Of a stretch of DNA of 64,000 nucleotides, positions 1 through 13,090 are shown one piece after another. Under the pieces are notes generated by a model. That model had not been told where the DNA came from. It did not search any database and saw nothing but the letters and a program-made list of their open reading frames with translations. Numbering within the stretch: position 1 is the stretch's first letter; each line of letters begins with the position of its first letter. Location of the stretch: positions 10,027,656 to 10,091,655 of the forward strand of contig NC_068988.1 of the NCBI RefSeq assembly GCF_001194135.2. Reading direction: 5' to 3'. Source of the DNA: Octopus bimaculoides (Eukaryota). Position numbers and translations under genes: made by a program.

Positions 1-597
1 ATGATCATATCTATATGTTCATATGTATGTACGCACATTCAGACATATATGGAGAAATGTAAATATATGAAAGTGTTTCGCACCGCTTGTGTCCTTAACA
101 TTCCTCTTCCTTTCTTCCCATTTGTGACACAGGTAATTTAATCTAAGGCAGCTGCATCTGTTTCAGTGATATCATAGAATGCTAATTAACATTCAACAAT
201 TGTCAGAACTAATTGAATATTAAGTTTAAAAGTACCCTGTCTTGCAAAACTTATTTAAATAACCTCTACATTGTATAAATAAAATAACCATCCGATGTTC
301 AATTTGAACCATACAAAACCCTAACAATAACTATCGTGTTTTACTACAAATTTTTTTGTTTTTGTTTTTGTCTCTGTATAGCACACCCAAGTACACATGT
401 ACAACTACATACACACACACGCTTATATATATATATATNNNNNNNNNNNNNNNNNNNNNNNNNNNNNNNNNNNNNNNNNNNNNNNNNNNNNNNNNNNNNN
501 NNNNNNNNNNNNNNNNNNNNNNNNNNNNNNNNNNNNNNNNNNNNNNNNNNNNNNNNNNNNNNNNNNNNNNNNNNNNNNNNNNNNNNNNNNNNNNNNN

Positions 598-734
598 TGG
601 TAACTAATTTATCGACCCCGAAAGGGTGAAAAGCAAAGTCGACCTGGTCGGAATTTGAACTCAGAACGTAAAGATAGACGAAATACCGGTAAGCATTTCA
701 CCGGGCATGTTAAAGATTCTGACAGATCACCGCC

Positions 735-736
<2 letters not shown>
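598..736 (-). mobile_element. tRNA-derived SINE, family A (octopus OR-like), partial copy
   Basis: Recurrent body TTTATCGACCCCGAAAGG...AAAGTCGACC...GGAATTTGAACTCAGAAC (B-box-like GAGTTCAAATTCC on minus); head abuts (AAT)n; the same sequence recurs at 12.6k, 37k, 39.8k and 52.4k. Confidence 0.85.
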
Positions 737-775
<39 letters not shown>

Positions 776-814
776 CTGAGAACGTTGGATAAAACATATG
801 CATATATATATATA

Positions 815-872
<58 letters not shown>

Positions 873-878
873 AGGGGG

Positions 879-915
<37 letters not shown>
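737..915. repeat. Compound microsatellite (AAT)n-(TA)n-(GA)n-(TA)n
   Basis: Directly visible. Confidence 0.95.
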
Positions 916-917
<2 letters not shown>

Positions 918-2872
918 TCTCAGTAATATATGTATATATAATAGAGAATGAAATCCACTTGAGACATAAATCTATATGCACGTGTATGTTTGTGTTCGTA
1001 TGTGTATGAATAGATAATGGTAGCGCAACAATTGTTTTTAAATATCGTCTCCGTATATTTATACATATAACAATTAATTCATATATTTTATACAATAACG
1101 GCTATAATTCAATACCGCAGAGGATAAATTAGATCCTACAAAATAAGCTTTACTCTAATCTGACGTTTATAGAAAATTGGCAATGCCGGAAATTTTAGGA
1201 AAATCAATTAGTCTTCGAAATTACAATTTAAATATCCTCTGTATGTGGTTAAAATTTTTCATTTAAATTTCAATATAATTTACAGAAAGAATCACTGCAA
1301 ACCAGGTATTAGCTCGTTCTCTGTCCACCGTATTTAAAATACCTATTAAGCTTGATATTAGTGAAATAAACGAGAAAATATTTCGAAGATATTTGCTATT
1401 AAAGAATTAAAGGGATTTCTTAATAGTTTGTCTGCTGTTGTCTAATCCGATCAGGACAAATACCACTTTCGTACAGTAAATATATATTATAATTACATTC
1501 CCTAATCAATGTGTATATGAAATTAATTCTCTCCTTCACCCGCTTAATATGCCTTCTAGAGATTCTTCATCTATGCCGAACGGAATGTTTTTCCTGTTTC
1601 TGCACGATATTTTTGACTTCTGTATTCATTGTTGCATTAATATATGCATAGTAAGCACACAGGGATGTAGACATTGACACACGTACATGAATGCACGTCA
1701 AAATGCAGGTAGATGCAGCAAGGCCGCATGATGAAGAAGTTTATTTCGTATTCTTCAGTTTCCAGGTTCGATCTCACCGTATGTCATCTACACGAATGTC
1801 ATTTCTTTCATTTTCATATCAACCACACACACACACACACACACACGCACANNNNNNNNNNNNNNNNNNNNNNNNNNNNNNNNNNNNNNNNNNNNNNNNN
1901 NNNNNNNNNNNNNNNNNNNNNNNNNNNNNNNNNNNNNNNNNNNNNNNNNNNNNNNNNNNNNNNNNNNNNNNNNNNNNNNNNNNNNNNNNNNNNNNNNNNN
2001 NNNNNNNNNNNNNNNNNNNNNNNNNNNNNNNNNNNNNNNNNNNNNNNNNNNNNNNNNNNNNNNNNNNNNNNNNNNNNNNNNNNNNNNNNNNNNNNNNNNN
2101 NNNNNNNNNNNNNNNNNNNNNNNNNNNNNNNNNNNNNNNNNNNNNNNNNNNNNNNNNNNNNNNNNNNNNNNNNNNNNNNNNNNNNNNNNNNNNNNNNNNN
2201 NNNNNNNNNNNNNNNNNNNNNNNNNNNNNNNNNNNNNNNNNNNNNNNNNNNNNNNNNNNNNNNNNNNNNNNNNNNNNNNNNNNNNNNNNNNNNNNNNNNN
2301 NNNNNNNNNNNNNNNNNNNNNNNNNNNNNNNNNNNNNNNNNNNNNNNNNNNNNNNNNNNNNNNNNNNNNNNNNNNNNNNNNNNNNNNNNNNNNNNNNNNN
2401 NNNNNNNNNNNNNNNNNNNNNNNNNNNNNNNNNNNNNNNNNNNNNNNNNNNNNNNNNNNNNNNNNNNNNNNNNNNNNNNNNNNNNNNNNNNNNNNNNNNN
2501 NNNNNNNNNNNNNNNNNNNNNNNNNNNNNNNNNNNNNNNNNNNNNNNNNNNNNNNNNNNNNNNNNNNNNNNNNNNNNNNNNNNNNNNNNNNNNNNNNNNN
2601 NNNNNNNNNNNNNNNNNNNNNNNNNNNTATATATATTCCCAGTTCCAGAAGTCTGAAGCAGTTGGTTTCCAGTTAGGGACCCCCGAGACTCGAAGCAGCA
2701 CAGAAACCGAATCAAACTGTTTTAAATAATATATGTAACCCTTACTAAATTTGTTGAGTACCGTTTTCATTCTTTTGTCCACTCATTTGTATATAAACAT
2801 GCGTGTGTGAAGGTGGGGTGGTGGTGCGCGCGTGTATATGTGTGTTTGTGTGTGGGGGTACGTGCGCGCGCG

Positions 2873-4149
2873 CGTCTGGTTTTATGCAAAAATATGACAC
2901 GTTTTAAATACAAAGCGATTTCTTCAATCAATGATACGATTAACCTTTCCTTTTGTAATCTTGCGAGAAGATCCATTGTTCCCTGCTGAAAGAATTTCCT
3001 GTTTTTCCTGGCGAAAAACTCTTCCAGATCAATTTTTTGTATCCGCTTGAGGTTTCAACATCGGTCCATTTAATTAATTTTAAAGAGACTGAAACGTGGA
3101 AATTTGAAGGTAGAAGGTTGAGCGAATATGGAAAGCACAGTTAACGCCTGCTGCCGTGAAGCACTGCCGTGATGAAAGACAATCCCTATATGATTATCCA
3201 GTACTTGACAATTTGTTGAATTGATGTGTTTAATTTGTCAAGCTATTCACAATACACACCCGAATTCATGGTCCTGTCCTTGAGAAGACTCTCGTAAAAG
3301 ATAACACCCTTCAAATCCCATCAAATAAAAAACATAAACTTCTTCGAGTGGAGTCTTGCTTTGATGGTCCAGCGCTCTTCCCCCGTGATCGTGGTATGTC
3401 TCAAGCTACTGCTATCTTGCACCTTCGGATGATCTCTACTCAACCGCTACAAGACGGCTACTCAACTCCTCTACCACGGCTAGACTACCTCTTTTTATAT
3501 GTCTTGGGCGGTCCTACTTCTTCGCTTGGGGGGTGTCGACACAACAGCTCGTTTGCACTTCGTATTGTTATAGACGATCCATTGTTTTGATACCTGTCAC
3601 CATTCTCTCCAAAGAGAGAATCGCCTCTTCATGTATCCGCAACGAATCGCAGACGGAAATCTGGTAGACGAAGCTGTTATTCGATTCATGCAAGACCAAA
3701 TTTTGTGACTGCTGACGTAACCAAATCGGACAGATTGGTTTCAACATCCGATTTGAATATATGAAATATAAACTCGATCACTCTGTTTGTATAACGGAGT
3801 TTGGTTAATTTTAGTTGATCGGCTAGAATGAGCAGCGTCATGGACCAAAATATTTCCCAATCGAAATCATGAAAACCACATCTGACACAGCAGTTTCTCT
3901 GCTCTCAACACACATGATCATGCAGGTTTCCGTTGCTTTCTTGCTTCTTAAAGAAAAAAAAAAAAAACGAAAAAAACATGATGTGTCGATAATGTTCGAT
4001 TTGGCTCCCCCTTTTCAGAGTGATTCCTATTACACGAAATACAATTTCACATCGAATTACGTTGAAGTAGAAGAGTGCATGCACAAGGGACAGACTTAGA
4101 ATGCATAAAGTGTCAACAGAAACCGAACGGACTTTTTGACCACACAATA
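2873..4149 (-). mobile_element. Decayed mariner (Tc1/mariner) DNA transposon, near full length
   Basis: Minus-strand translation with stops and frameshifts gives ordered mariner motifs: SQIEHYRHIMFF, WFS*FRLGN...HDAAHSSR, GYVSSHKIW..HE, ISVCDSL..LERMVTG..KQWIVYNN, SKARLHSKKFMFFI*WDLKGVIFYE, YCE*LDKLN, GIVFHHGSA (HHDNARPH), PYSLNLLPSNFH (PYSPDLAPSDF), EEFFARKNRKFFQQGTMDL. Mariner-like 5' TIR TATTGTGTGGTCAAAAAGTCCGTTCGGTTT at 4120-4149; 3' TIR eroded near 2873-2885. Confidence 0.9.
3392..3546 (-). mobile_element. Solo-LTR-like insertion (155 bp) nested in the mariner transposase
   Basis: TG...CA termini; flanking 5-mers GATCG (3387-3391) and GCTCG (3547-3551) form a 5-bp TSD with one mismatch; removal restores mariner KRS codons; minus strand has GC box (CCGCCC) then TATAAAAAG. 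Confidence 0.65.
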
Positions 4150-4778
4150 TATCTATCTATAATATAATTGTGTATGTGTGCCCGTGTGTGTGTCTGTGTG
4201 TATGTGTGCGTGTGTGTGTAAGTGTTTGTGTGTGTATGTGTGTAGTTGTGTGTATATGTTTTCATGCTTGTAAATTAGGAGAGTGACATGGAGGTGAGTA
4301 ATGTTACCGGGACCAACAACATCGAAAACCTGTTATCCTTACTATAGATAGGGATGTCAAAACTTCAACGAAGTTCATGTTATTTTATATTTTCGGGTAT
4401 TTATAATGTTGCAAATACAGGTACCATATTAGTCTGGCATTATACTACTTCATTAAATTCCATAACATTTACTTACCACATCTTTACTTTCAACTATTTG
4501 TTACTGGATGTATTTGTGCATATATGCATGCATACATACATGCATACATATAAAATTTATACTTATATACAAAAATACATACGTACATGAATATATATAT
4601 ATATATAATGAAATGCTATTTGGTACAAACAGATTTGCAATAGCGTTGCATTTAGAACATCCATCCATCAGTTAGCATTACAGAACACCGAACACAATTT
4701 TAAGACACCATGTTGATTCAAGAATTTCTAAATCCAAAATGTACCGTGTGCTGTTCTTTCAGGAATAAACACTATGTT

Positions 4779-4796
4779 CTACTACTACTACTACTA

Positions 4797-4869
<73 letters not shown>
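4779..4869. repeat. (CTA)n microsatellite
   Basis: Directly visible. Confidence 0.95.
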
Positions 4870-6399
4870 AAAGGCCAATATCGTACCTCAGCACTCGATG
4901 TGTAATCTGTCTCATACGTTTTAATTGCTTTTTCCTTTCACGTGCATTTTTCTGCTCCATCATTCCCCCCCCCCCCCTTGTCTCTGTGAATTGACCAAGA
5001 ATACTTTATATTTTTGTCTTTTCCGTACAAGGTATGTAGCATCTCTCAACTATTTCTTTTGTCTCGACAGTATTTGGATGACTCTTACTGCAGTTGCGGA
5101 ATAGACGTTCATTGATAAATTGACGGTTGCACTGTAATATATGACATATATATTTCTATAAATGTATTAAAATTATGAGTTTTGACATTCTAAGTAATTC
5201 TGTTATCCGCGAACTTTTCCGTGTCTTATTGTGTTCAAGTAATGCATCTTACTAATACTAGCCAGCCTATAGACAATCCACTGCAATAATTACAACACCA
5301 TTGAAAATGGTGAATTATTATGGAACCAGTTGAAATATGATGTGTATATGAACAAGTTATCTTCCTTTCAACTAGAAATTATTGAAGTCCATTGATCTAC
5401 TTAAAGTTTATTAGACATTAGTGCTTTATTTCGATTGAAATAATAATTAAGAACGCTGCTGCCAACCAATCAGAAAAGAGTGACGATTCAGGACCGCTTG
5501 AGTAATATATCTTTCATCAGATCTATTAAACTAAAAACAGCAGACGTCTTTTGATGTCTAATGATAAGTCACATAGTTATGGCATTTAATTTATTTGTGA
5601 AAAATGGTTTATTCATTAATTGTATTTATCAAGAAATGTGTTGGGGAGACAAAATTAAACTTGTGTTAGAGATGAAAAATATACAGCAGCAGATTTGGTA
5701 GTGAACGGAAATGAGGTCTTTGTAAAATTACAATACGCCATAATGCGTTTCGAGATCAAATTCCACAGAATAAAATTCTATTTTCGTTTCACTAGAATTG
5801 ACGATATAAATATCAGTCGCATATCTGTTCTTTTACACTTTCACTGAGCGATGGAAAAGATTTATTCTGCAACCTTTTCCCCTGGAAACGTTTCTTATAA
5901 AAAATTATGGCCTGTTACAAAGGTCTATGATCAGGCAGTATTAACTTCATCGGTTTCTTTAAACAGGTATATGGGCACAAACACATATTTCACCTACATA
6001 TGTTTCCTGCTATTTAAAAAGTTCTTTCAGAACCATGAATGCATTTTGTGTTCCGACTTTTAGTTTCCCAACACGTATGTTTTCATTGATCTCGAAAAAT
6101 GAAAATATCATTAGAGTTATTATATTACTAACCAATATACTGGTTTGTGATAGATTGTTGGAATCGATAGAACACCGAAGAAATTACTTTCTGATCTCGC
6201 TTCAAGTCTTGAGTCAAATTTCTGCTGAGGTAATTTTTTTCCTGTCACCCTTGTCCATTCGATAAAATAAAATATCAGTAAATCCACGAGGCTGCTTTAT
6301 TACAATTAAGCCTTCTCACTTTATGTGTGACCATATGCCTATATTAAAGATGAATATTAATATCATGATAACCTTTCAGAATCGAGTTAAGTCCTTTTA

Positions 6400-7318
6400 G
6401 TTCCTAGTTGAACAGTACTCAGTTGTCGGCTAAATAGACGAGCCATTACACCGGATTCATAAAATCAGTGACGTACTGGAGACATTTGAATTAGAACATA
6501 CCTTCGTCCCTGTATTCATGGCTTTCTGCTGGAGTTTTAAATAATTGTTATTGTCTGTTTTCATTCTCTGTTTTCAAGAGCAACACTCTGACACAGAAGA
6601 AGTTTATCGATTGTAGAAGTGGTTATGCGTTGCATAACAGCATATTTTTGTTATCTCGGTTCGTATTTTGAAGTTTGTTAAAAGTATGTTAATGAACCAG
6701 CCGTTCTTGTTTATTGTGACATTATTATAATTAATAGTACTGGAACACAATTGCGTAAGATATGCATTATGTAACATTTGTAATCTTACTTAGAAACGTG
6801 CTCAGAGACTATAATTGTTATTTTGCATGTGTTTCGTATATTATTTATCACAGCGTGTTCCCCCGCCATTGTTAGTACCATTTTCGTTTTCATACTTCTT
6901 TATATCCCTTTCAAAATAATTGAACTTTGATAGATTTTCAGAACCTTTTGAATCACATTTTATTAGGAAAGTGCTGCAATGATCACCAGAGTTCGCAGGT
7001 CTTCCTTTCAGTCTGTTATTATGTGTGGTAGGTTGGCTTTGATCTCCTTTCTGATCTGGACAACTATGCGCTTGAATACTGTAATCATATCATTGTCAAA
7101 TACCGGATATAGTGAGCACATTTTTTTTTACCATTATATTTAGTTTTAATGTGAAACCCTTTAGATAAGGCGCAATGGCTACTCCTTACCTATCATGTTT
7201 ATGAATAACCACATGCATAAATACATACACATACATATATAGACATTAAAACATGTATATATACATATAAATTGCATGGGTATATGACTACACACACACA
7301 CGTATAATATATATATAT

Positions 7319-7363
<45 letters not shown>

Positions 7364-7394
7364 NNNNNNNNNNNNNNNNNNNNNNNNNNNNNNN

Positions 7395-7432
<38 letters not shown>

Positions 7433-8560
7433 GCATACACACGTATATTGCATATATTGCGAAGTCTGTAGAAACTGTACAGACAGAAATAAGCAACATC
7501 GATTGTTTTCTTTGTGGTGATTGCCTGGTTGGTTCTCACCACTTTTTATTATTCTTGTCTATGTATCGATCTTGTGCAGTTAAGTCAAAACTTCCATTTA
7601 TCCCCTTAATCCAGAACCTTTGAGCTATTGTTGGCTCATTTCTTTTTTATTCACTTCTGCCTGATAGTTGCGACGAATCTATATTTCTCTTTCTTCATGG
7701 CTGTGTCTTTTTTAGTTTCGGATTCTTTCTAGCTTTTGTATTCTCATAGGTATTTCTCTTTTTTGTTTTGTCTATATTTCTCTTTTTGTTTTCTTCAGTA
7801 TCCAGTCTTATTTCTTTCTTTATATATAGAGAAAACTCTATTTGGTCCTTTCATGTTTTATTATGCAAATAATTTACCCTTTGCGTCTTCTTTCTCAAGC
7901 ATGTCTAGTTATTTTGAATTATGTTTCTATTTATGTTCAACACCTTTTTGCTTCTGCAGGCTGTAGACATTCTCCATTTCTATTACCGTTCACAAACTGG
8001 ATGTGGAATACGCTGTCTTACTTTATACCTTATCTATCTAAACTATTTAGTTCGGTTTTTAAGTATTTCATTAAAAAATATTTCTCGTATTCTGCAGTAA
8101 TATCTTTTAGTAATTTCACAAACACGGTTTTGTATCTGGTACATTATTCTAAATAGTGTACATGAAGGATATATTGTCCGCACTTAGACGATTCCGTTTA
8201 TTATCTTTGGTTATTAGGGTCGTCATGGATAGAATCACATCCAGCTTCATTTGTATGGGTAGTCCATAAAACATGGTTTGGTATTCTATGGTTAATGCTA
8301 TGCAGGCGGAATTTACCGCTGTTCCTCTTCATTTGACAAATTGTATATCATTTTGTTATGGATTATAATATCTGAACAGTTTAAGACATCTATCTGTAGA
8401 TCCGGTTTGACCTTGAATTTTACAGTTATAGCTCATCGGTTTGCTACCCCAGTGTGATCACTCTTCTCAGAGATTTTCAGCACAGAATTTCTAATAAAGC
8501 AGCTGTATATGGACCTCTTAGTTTGTAGAACAAATTTTCTCTTAGGGGTCCAGATTAAAT
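6400..8560 (-). mobile_element. Possible very old LINE fossil (APE/RT), heavily decayed
   Basis: A-rich minus strand, an SDH tripeptide (KSDHTGV near 8450-8470) as at the end of APE endonucleases, and only faint RT-like patches downstream. Confidence 0.25.
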
Positions 8561-9359
8561 TCTAGTACCTAAAAAAATCTATTCCGGTAGACGATACGAT
8601 GTTTCTTTTTTTAATATGTGTTACTCATCAGCCATCAACACAAGTATCATTAACAAGTGGCTAGTGTCTACAGGCGCGTACTCGTCAGTATTTTGTATTA
8701 ATGTGAATACATACATACATGCATAAAAACATATATATGTATATGTCCGTGTATGTATATATAAATATATACATATATATATGTATATGTNNNNNNNNNN
8801 NNNNNNNNNNNNNNNNNNNNNNNNNNNNNNNNNNNNNNNNNNNNNNNNNNNNNNNNNNNNNNNNNNNNATATATATATATATAACAAATAGAGAGGGATT
8901 GTCAATCCAGGAAAAAATACTCTCTGTTAGCACACCAGGCTAATAATGTTACTTAGATTAGTGAAGAACTACAAATAATCTTTTAGTAGAGTCCAAGATT
9001 ATGGTTTTTACACACGGTGATATATAAGAAACAAATTAACGGAGATATACCTAAAATTGTCCTGTTTATACATCATATTATACCTTCATGCTTCTGTATT
9101 GAGATATCTGTTGATAGGCGGCTGATTTTAAATAAAGTGTTAAATAATGATACTATGCAGATTAGCCGCTCCAGTTCTCTGAAAGTACTGGATTTGCTGT
9201 GCATATAGATAAGCACTTCATTGTTTCTCTAGAATTGATTAGGTGATATAGACACATCTGATGAGACACCAATAAGTTTCGAAAAACTTACGTAAGTCTG
9301 TTCCTCAATCATTTCAATCTAGGGAGAAATAATTAAATTTACCTTGCAGCATAAGAGTC

Positions 9360-9475
9360 TTATATACCTCTTGCTTGATTCTGCCACTAGATTACGGCCT
9401 TCCTGGGGCACCGCCTCGAAGAAATTGTGGACGAATGAATCGACCGGGTGCAGTATTGTAAACTGGGCTTTCTAG
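9360..9475 (-). mobile_element. Degraded 3' fragment of SINE family C
   Basis: GGCC...GGGCACCGCCTCGAAGAA...GAATGAATCGACC resembles the tail of the copies at 44062 and 47338. Confidence 0.5.
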
Positions 9476-10589
9476 GCATGATTTTACTTTTAGAAACATC
9501 TCAAATGTACGAAACTTGAAGTAACACTTAATCATATGTTGTTTACATTAAACAATATTTTATCTATCAACGGACGGAGAAAATTCTTTTTATTGATTTT
9601 ACCTATACGGAAAAGTATGTGTGCATGTGTGTGTGTCTATGTATATATACATACATACACACATACACACAAACACACACATATATATAACATGAAATTT
9701 GTTACAGAATTTAGTGTTGATCACTAAGAAACCGCATAATATATATAGTTGCAATGAAGAACTAGACTGACATAGTATGCAATACTCAGTGGACTGTATA
9801 ATGTAGACTGTGAAATATTGTCGGCTAGTGTCAATATTTGCATGGTTTGTTCTATAAATAATGACAATATTATGTATTGTTCTATATATTCAATGACAAT
9901 TTTACACGGATACAATCGCACGTTTAAAGCATTAGCTGAAATATGAATGTAGTTCACCTCCCTATAGGCTTATTTTTATTCTCCAAGCTGTATCAAAACA
10001 AAATCTTTGGAAAGCTAAATTTCGTATTCGCTGGAATTGCGAAGCCAAATTGCTGCTATAAATTCTAGGACTAAACAATTTTGTCACTGATACACTTATG
10101 TGGATTCCTTTGCTTGTTAAGTATACACTCTTATATATTTTATTTACATTAAACAGTATAATCTACGGTTTCTTAATGAGCGAAATGTGTATAAAATTAC
10201 CACGTAAACATTAGGTGATATAAAACGGTAATGTTGCAGTTAATGTTTAATATACTGCCTGCAGATTTACAATTACGGTACTTAAGGAATATACGCACCT
10301 CTAGTGATTGCAATCATTTTCTTAACTCCAAAATACTTTTGTGTTGTATGCAAGAAGTATATTGTCAAATGCATTAATACACATGTTACACCCTATATTT
10401 TAAATTGAAGTTTGTGCCTTCCGCAGGAGTGCGGTCTCTTTGAAGAAATTAAAATACAGATATCTAAGAGCTTGACTGATATAAAATGTAGATTAAAATC
10501 TACGGTTTTCTCATTGCTATTCTTTTAAATTTTGTTAATGTATTGTAGTGTTAAACTCTGATTTATTTCCAAGTACCAGTTGATGTTAC

Positions 10590-10908
10590 AGATTTGATTG
10601 ATTGACTGGCGCTGCGTCGGGTAGGGCCATAAATGGTCCAGTTGGTCATGTCAACGGAACGGCTTTCTCGTGAAATCAACGTGCAGGTAATGGGTGAGCA
10701 CTTTACTAACATGCTTAACCTGACGTAGTTTTCAGGAGGATTCAACGTGACACAGAATCTAACAAAGTTGTTCCTTTGGAATAAAGATACTATTAATTTC
10801 CGCCAGCTATTTTGAATAAAGCAATATGAAATAAAGTGTTTGCTCAAGGACAACGGTGCGCCGCCGGGAATAGAACTTGCAATCTTCCGATCCACTAAGT
10901 TACGCACC
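10590..10908 (-). mobile_element. Degraded tRNA-derived SINE, family B (CORE-like)
   Basis: TCAACGGAACGGCT.CTCGTGAAATCAACGTGCA tail shared with copies at 16107 and 49559; CORE-like AAGTGTTTGCTCAAGGAC; tRNA-like head GGGAATAGAAC. Confidence 0.75.
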
Positions 10909-12629
10909 TTTATGAGGTAAAAGAATACATAAAGCTGAGAAAATTGAATTTCCGGGACGACATTCTGCTTTATGTTTATAATACAAATGTCCTTCCCGGC
11001 GTCCTATTTTTGTTATTACCGTCGTCAGACAGAACAAACATAAATACCCATTTACTACCCCACATACCGTCTATAATACTATATGACAAGACGTGACCGA
11101 CAGCTTGTCGGCCTTGTGGCAAATTCAGAAATCCTATGATCACAGTTTTGGTAATATCGTTGTTGTTGTTGTTATTGCTGATAGTGATGGTGGTAGTGTT
11201 GTTATTGTTGTTGTTGTTGTTGTTGTTGCTATAGTGGTGGTGGCGACGTTGGTGTTGTTGATGGTGTGTGTATCCGTAATACTTGTCGTAGAAAGAAATC
11301 ATTAGTGTTTTCGTAACTGAATTACAGAGGTTAATATATATAAAAAAATATTTTCTATAAGGAATGGAGCAGCTTTATAACATAAAGTCGTGTTGCCTTA
11401 AGGTTGAATGTATTACTAATATATGTAAAAGAGAATATGTATATGATTGGTTGCCAATAATAATGTGCAGCCTGCCGGCGTTTTAATAATGGTTATTTGA
11501 TGCTGATCATTCATAAGTGGTACACTATATATTTATAAGTGACTGAGTAATATATTCAGCCGGAAGGAAATTTCTTTCCAAATATAAACTGCTGTAGATG
11601 AAATTATGCAAAGACGTTTGAAACTGCTATGAATAAATGTAAGTGGACTGCTTCTTATTGATTTGGGATCTTTGACACGAACCAATATATTTCTCGAAAT
11701 TGCACTTTATTTGAAAGCTTCCTTATGTTTCCTTACTTTTAGAATAAGTTCCATACATTTCAAAATACCTTCGCTATAACAGAATTGTGTACCAGTTATA
11801 AATATTGTTGCATAAATCGAAATACCGCATAATGTATTTGAAACGAAGGAAATCTGCTTGGATAGGGAAATGTTTTCAAAATGCTGAGGGTTCGTGCCCT
11901 ACAATGCGGAATAAACATTGTTTTAGCTTGTCCTACAAAGATCTATCTCAAATAGATGACGGGTTTGTCGCGAATTGAATGTCTTTGACCGTAATATTGC
12001 ACGTTGAGCTAAATCTCGGGTCAAAAACCTCGTCAATAAAAGAAATTCAGGATAGATCTTCATTTATATTTAAAATACTACGATGTAAAAATACTGTGTA
12101 GTTTCTATGTGGTCACGAGATCTGTTCGAATTAGCAGCCAAAAATCATCAGCTCACAAATTACTCATCATAATTAAGAAGGGAACTAAAACATTGAATAC
12201 TTATATATACTATGCAGACCAATGAATGATAAATGTGGGATTTGCTTTTGATCCATATTAGCTCAGTCAGAGATCAGAAATGGATAAAAAATAATTACCA
12301 GAAATTATAACTATTTGAGGCGCTATTTTAAAATTCTTCAGAACATAGAACGATAGCAACAGTGATAAACATACCTCGGTACCAACCTGTAGTGTGCTGC
12401 TAGGCAATAGGTTTAATCTAATGTAGCATATTATAGGTAAAGCTTGCAGAAATCCGAGCTTCAAGTCTTTAATCATGATTCTATTTGATAACTGTCGATG
12501 AATATATGTCAAAGAATTACCGTTTTTTTTTCGTGATTATAATTTCATGACACATACAAAAATTGTATGAAAATAATGGAAATATTATCATAAGAGCGAG
12601 TGAAATATTTACGTTGTCATATTATCTAA

Positions 12630-13090
12630 CATCAGAAAATTCCACTGAGGTCGATTTTGCCTTTCATCCTTTCGGGGTCGATAAATTAAGTACAATTGAA
12701 ACACCGGAGTCGATGTAATCGACAACACCTCCTACCCACAAATTTGAGGCCATGTGCCATTAACAGAAATGATTATCTAAGGTGAGGAAAGGCGTTACTG
12801 GTATTCCATCCGTCTTTACGATCTGAGTTCAAATTCTGCCGAGGTCGACTTTGTCTTTCATCCTTCCGGGCTTCATATATGTTCTATCTTAGTACGGCGG
12901 TGGGGGGGGGGGTCGATGTATCAACTTATCTGCCCCGCTTGACCTAGCTAGTCTTCTGCCAAAATTTGAAACCAAATTCAGTGAGCTGGCATAATCGTTA
13001 ACACACCGGGCAAAGTCGGGTTCGATATAATAAATGCCAGTTGAGCAGTAGGATCAATGTAATTGATTTACCCCTTCCCCCTAACAAAAT
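12630..13090 (+). mobile_element. Three head-to-tail partial copies of SINE family A
   Basis: GAGGTCGATTTTGCCTTTCATCCTTTCGGGGTCGATAAA; GAGTTCAAATTCTGCCGAGGTCGACTTTG; GAGCTGGCATAATCGTTAACACACCGGGC. Confidence 0.8.

Noticed and set aside
3690-3900. Apparent promoter (CRE-like TGACGTAA, CCAAT, CpG-richer)
   Set aside because: The sequence is the antisense of the mariner transposase N-terminal half
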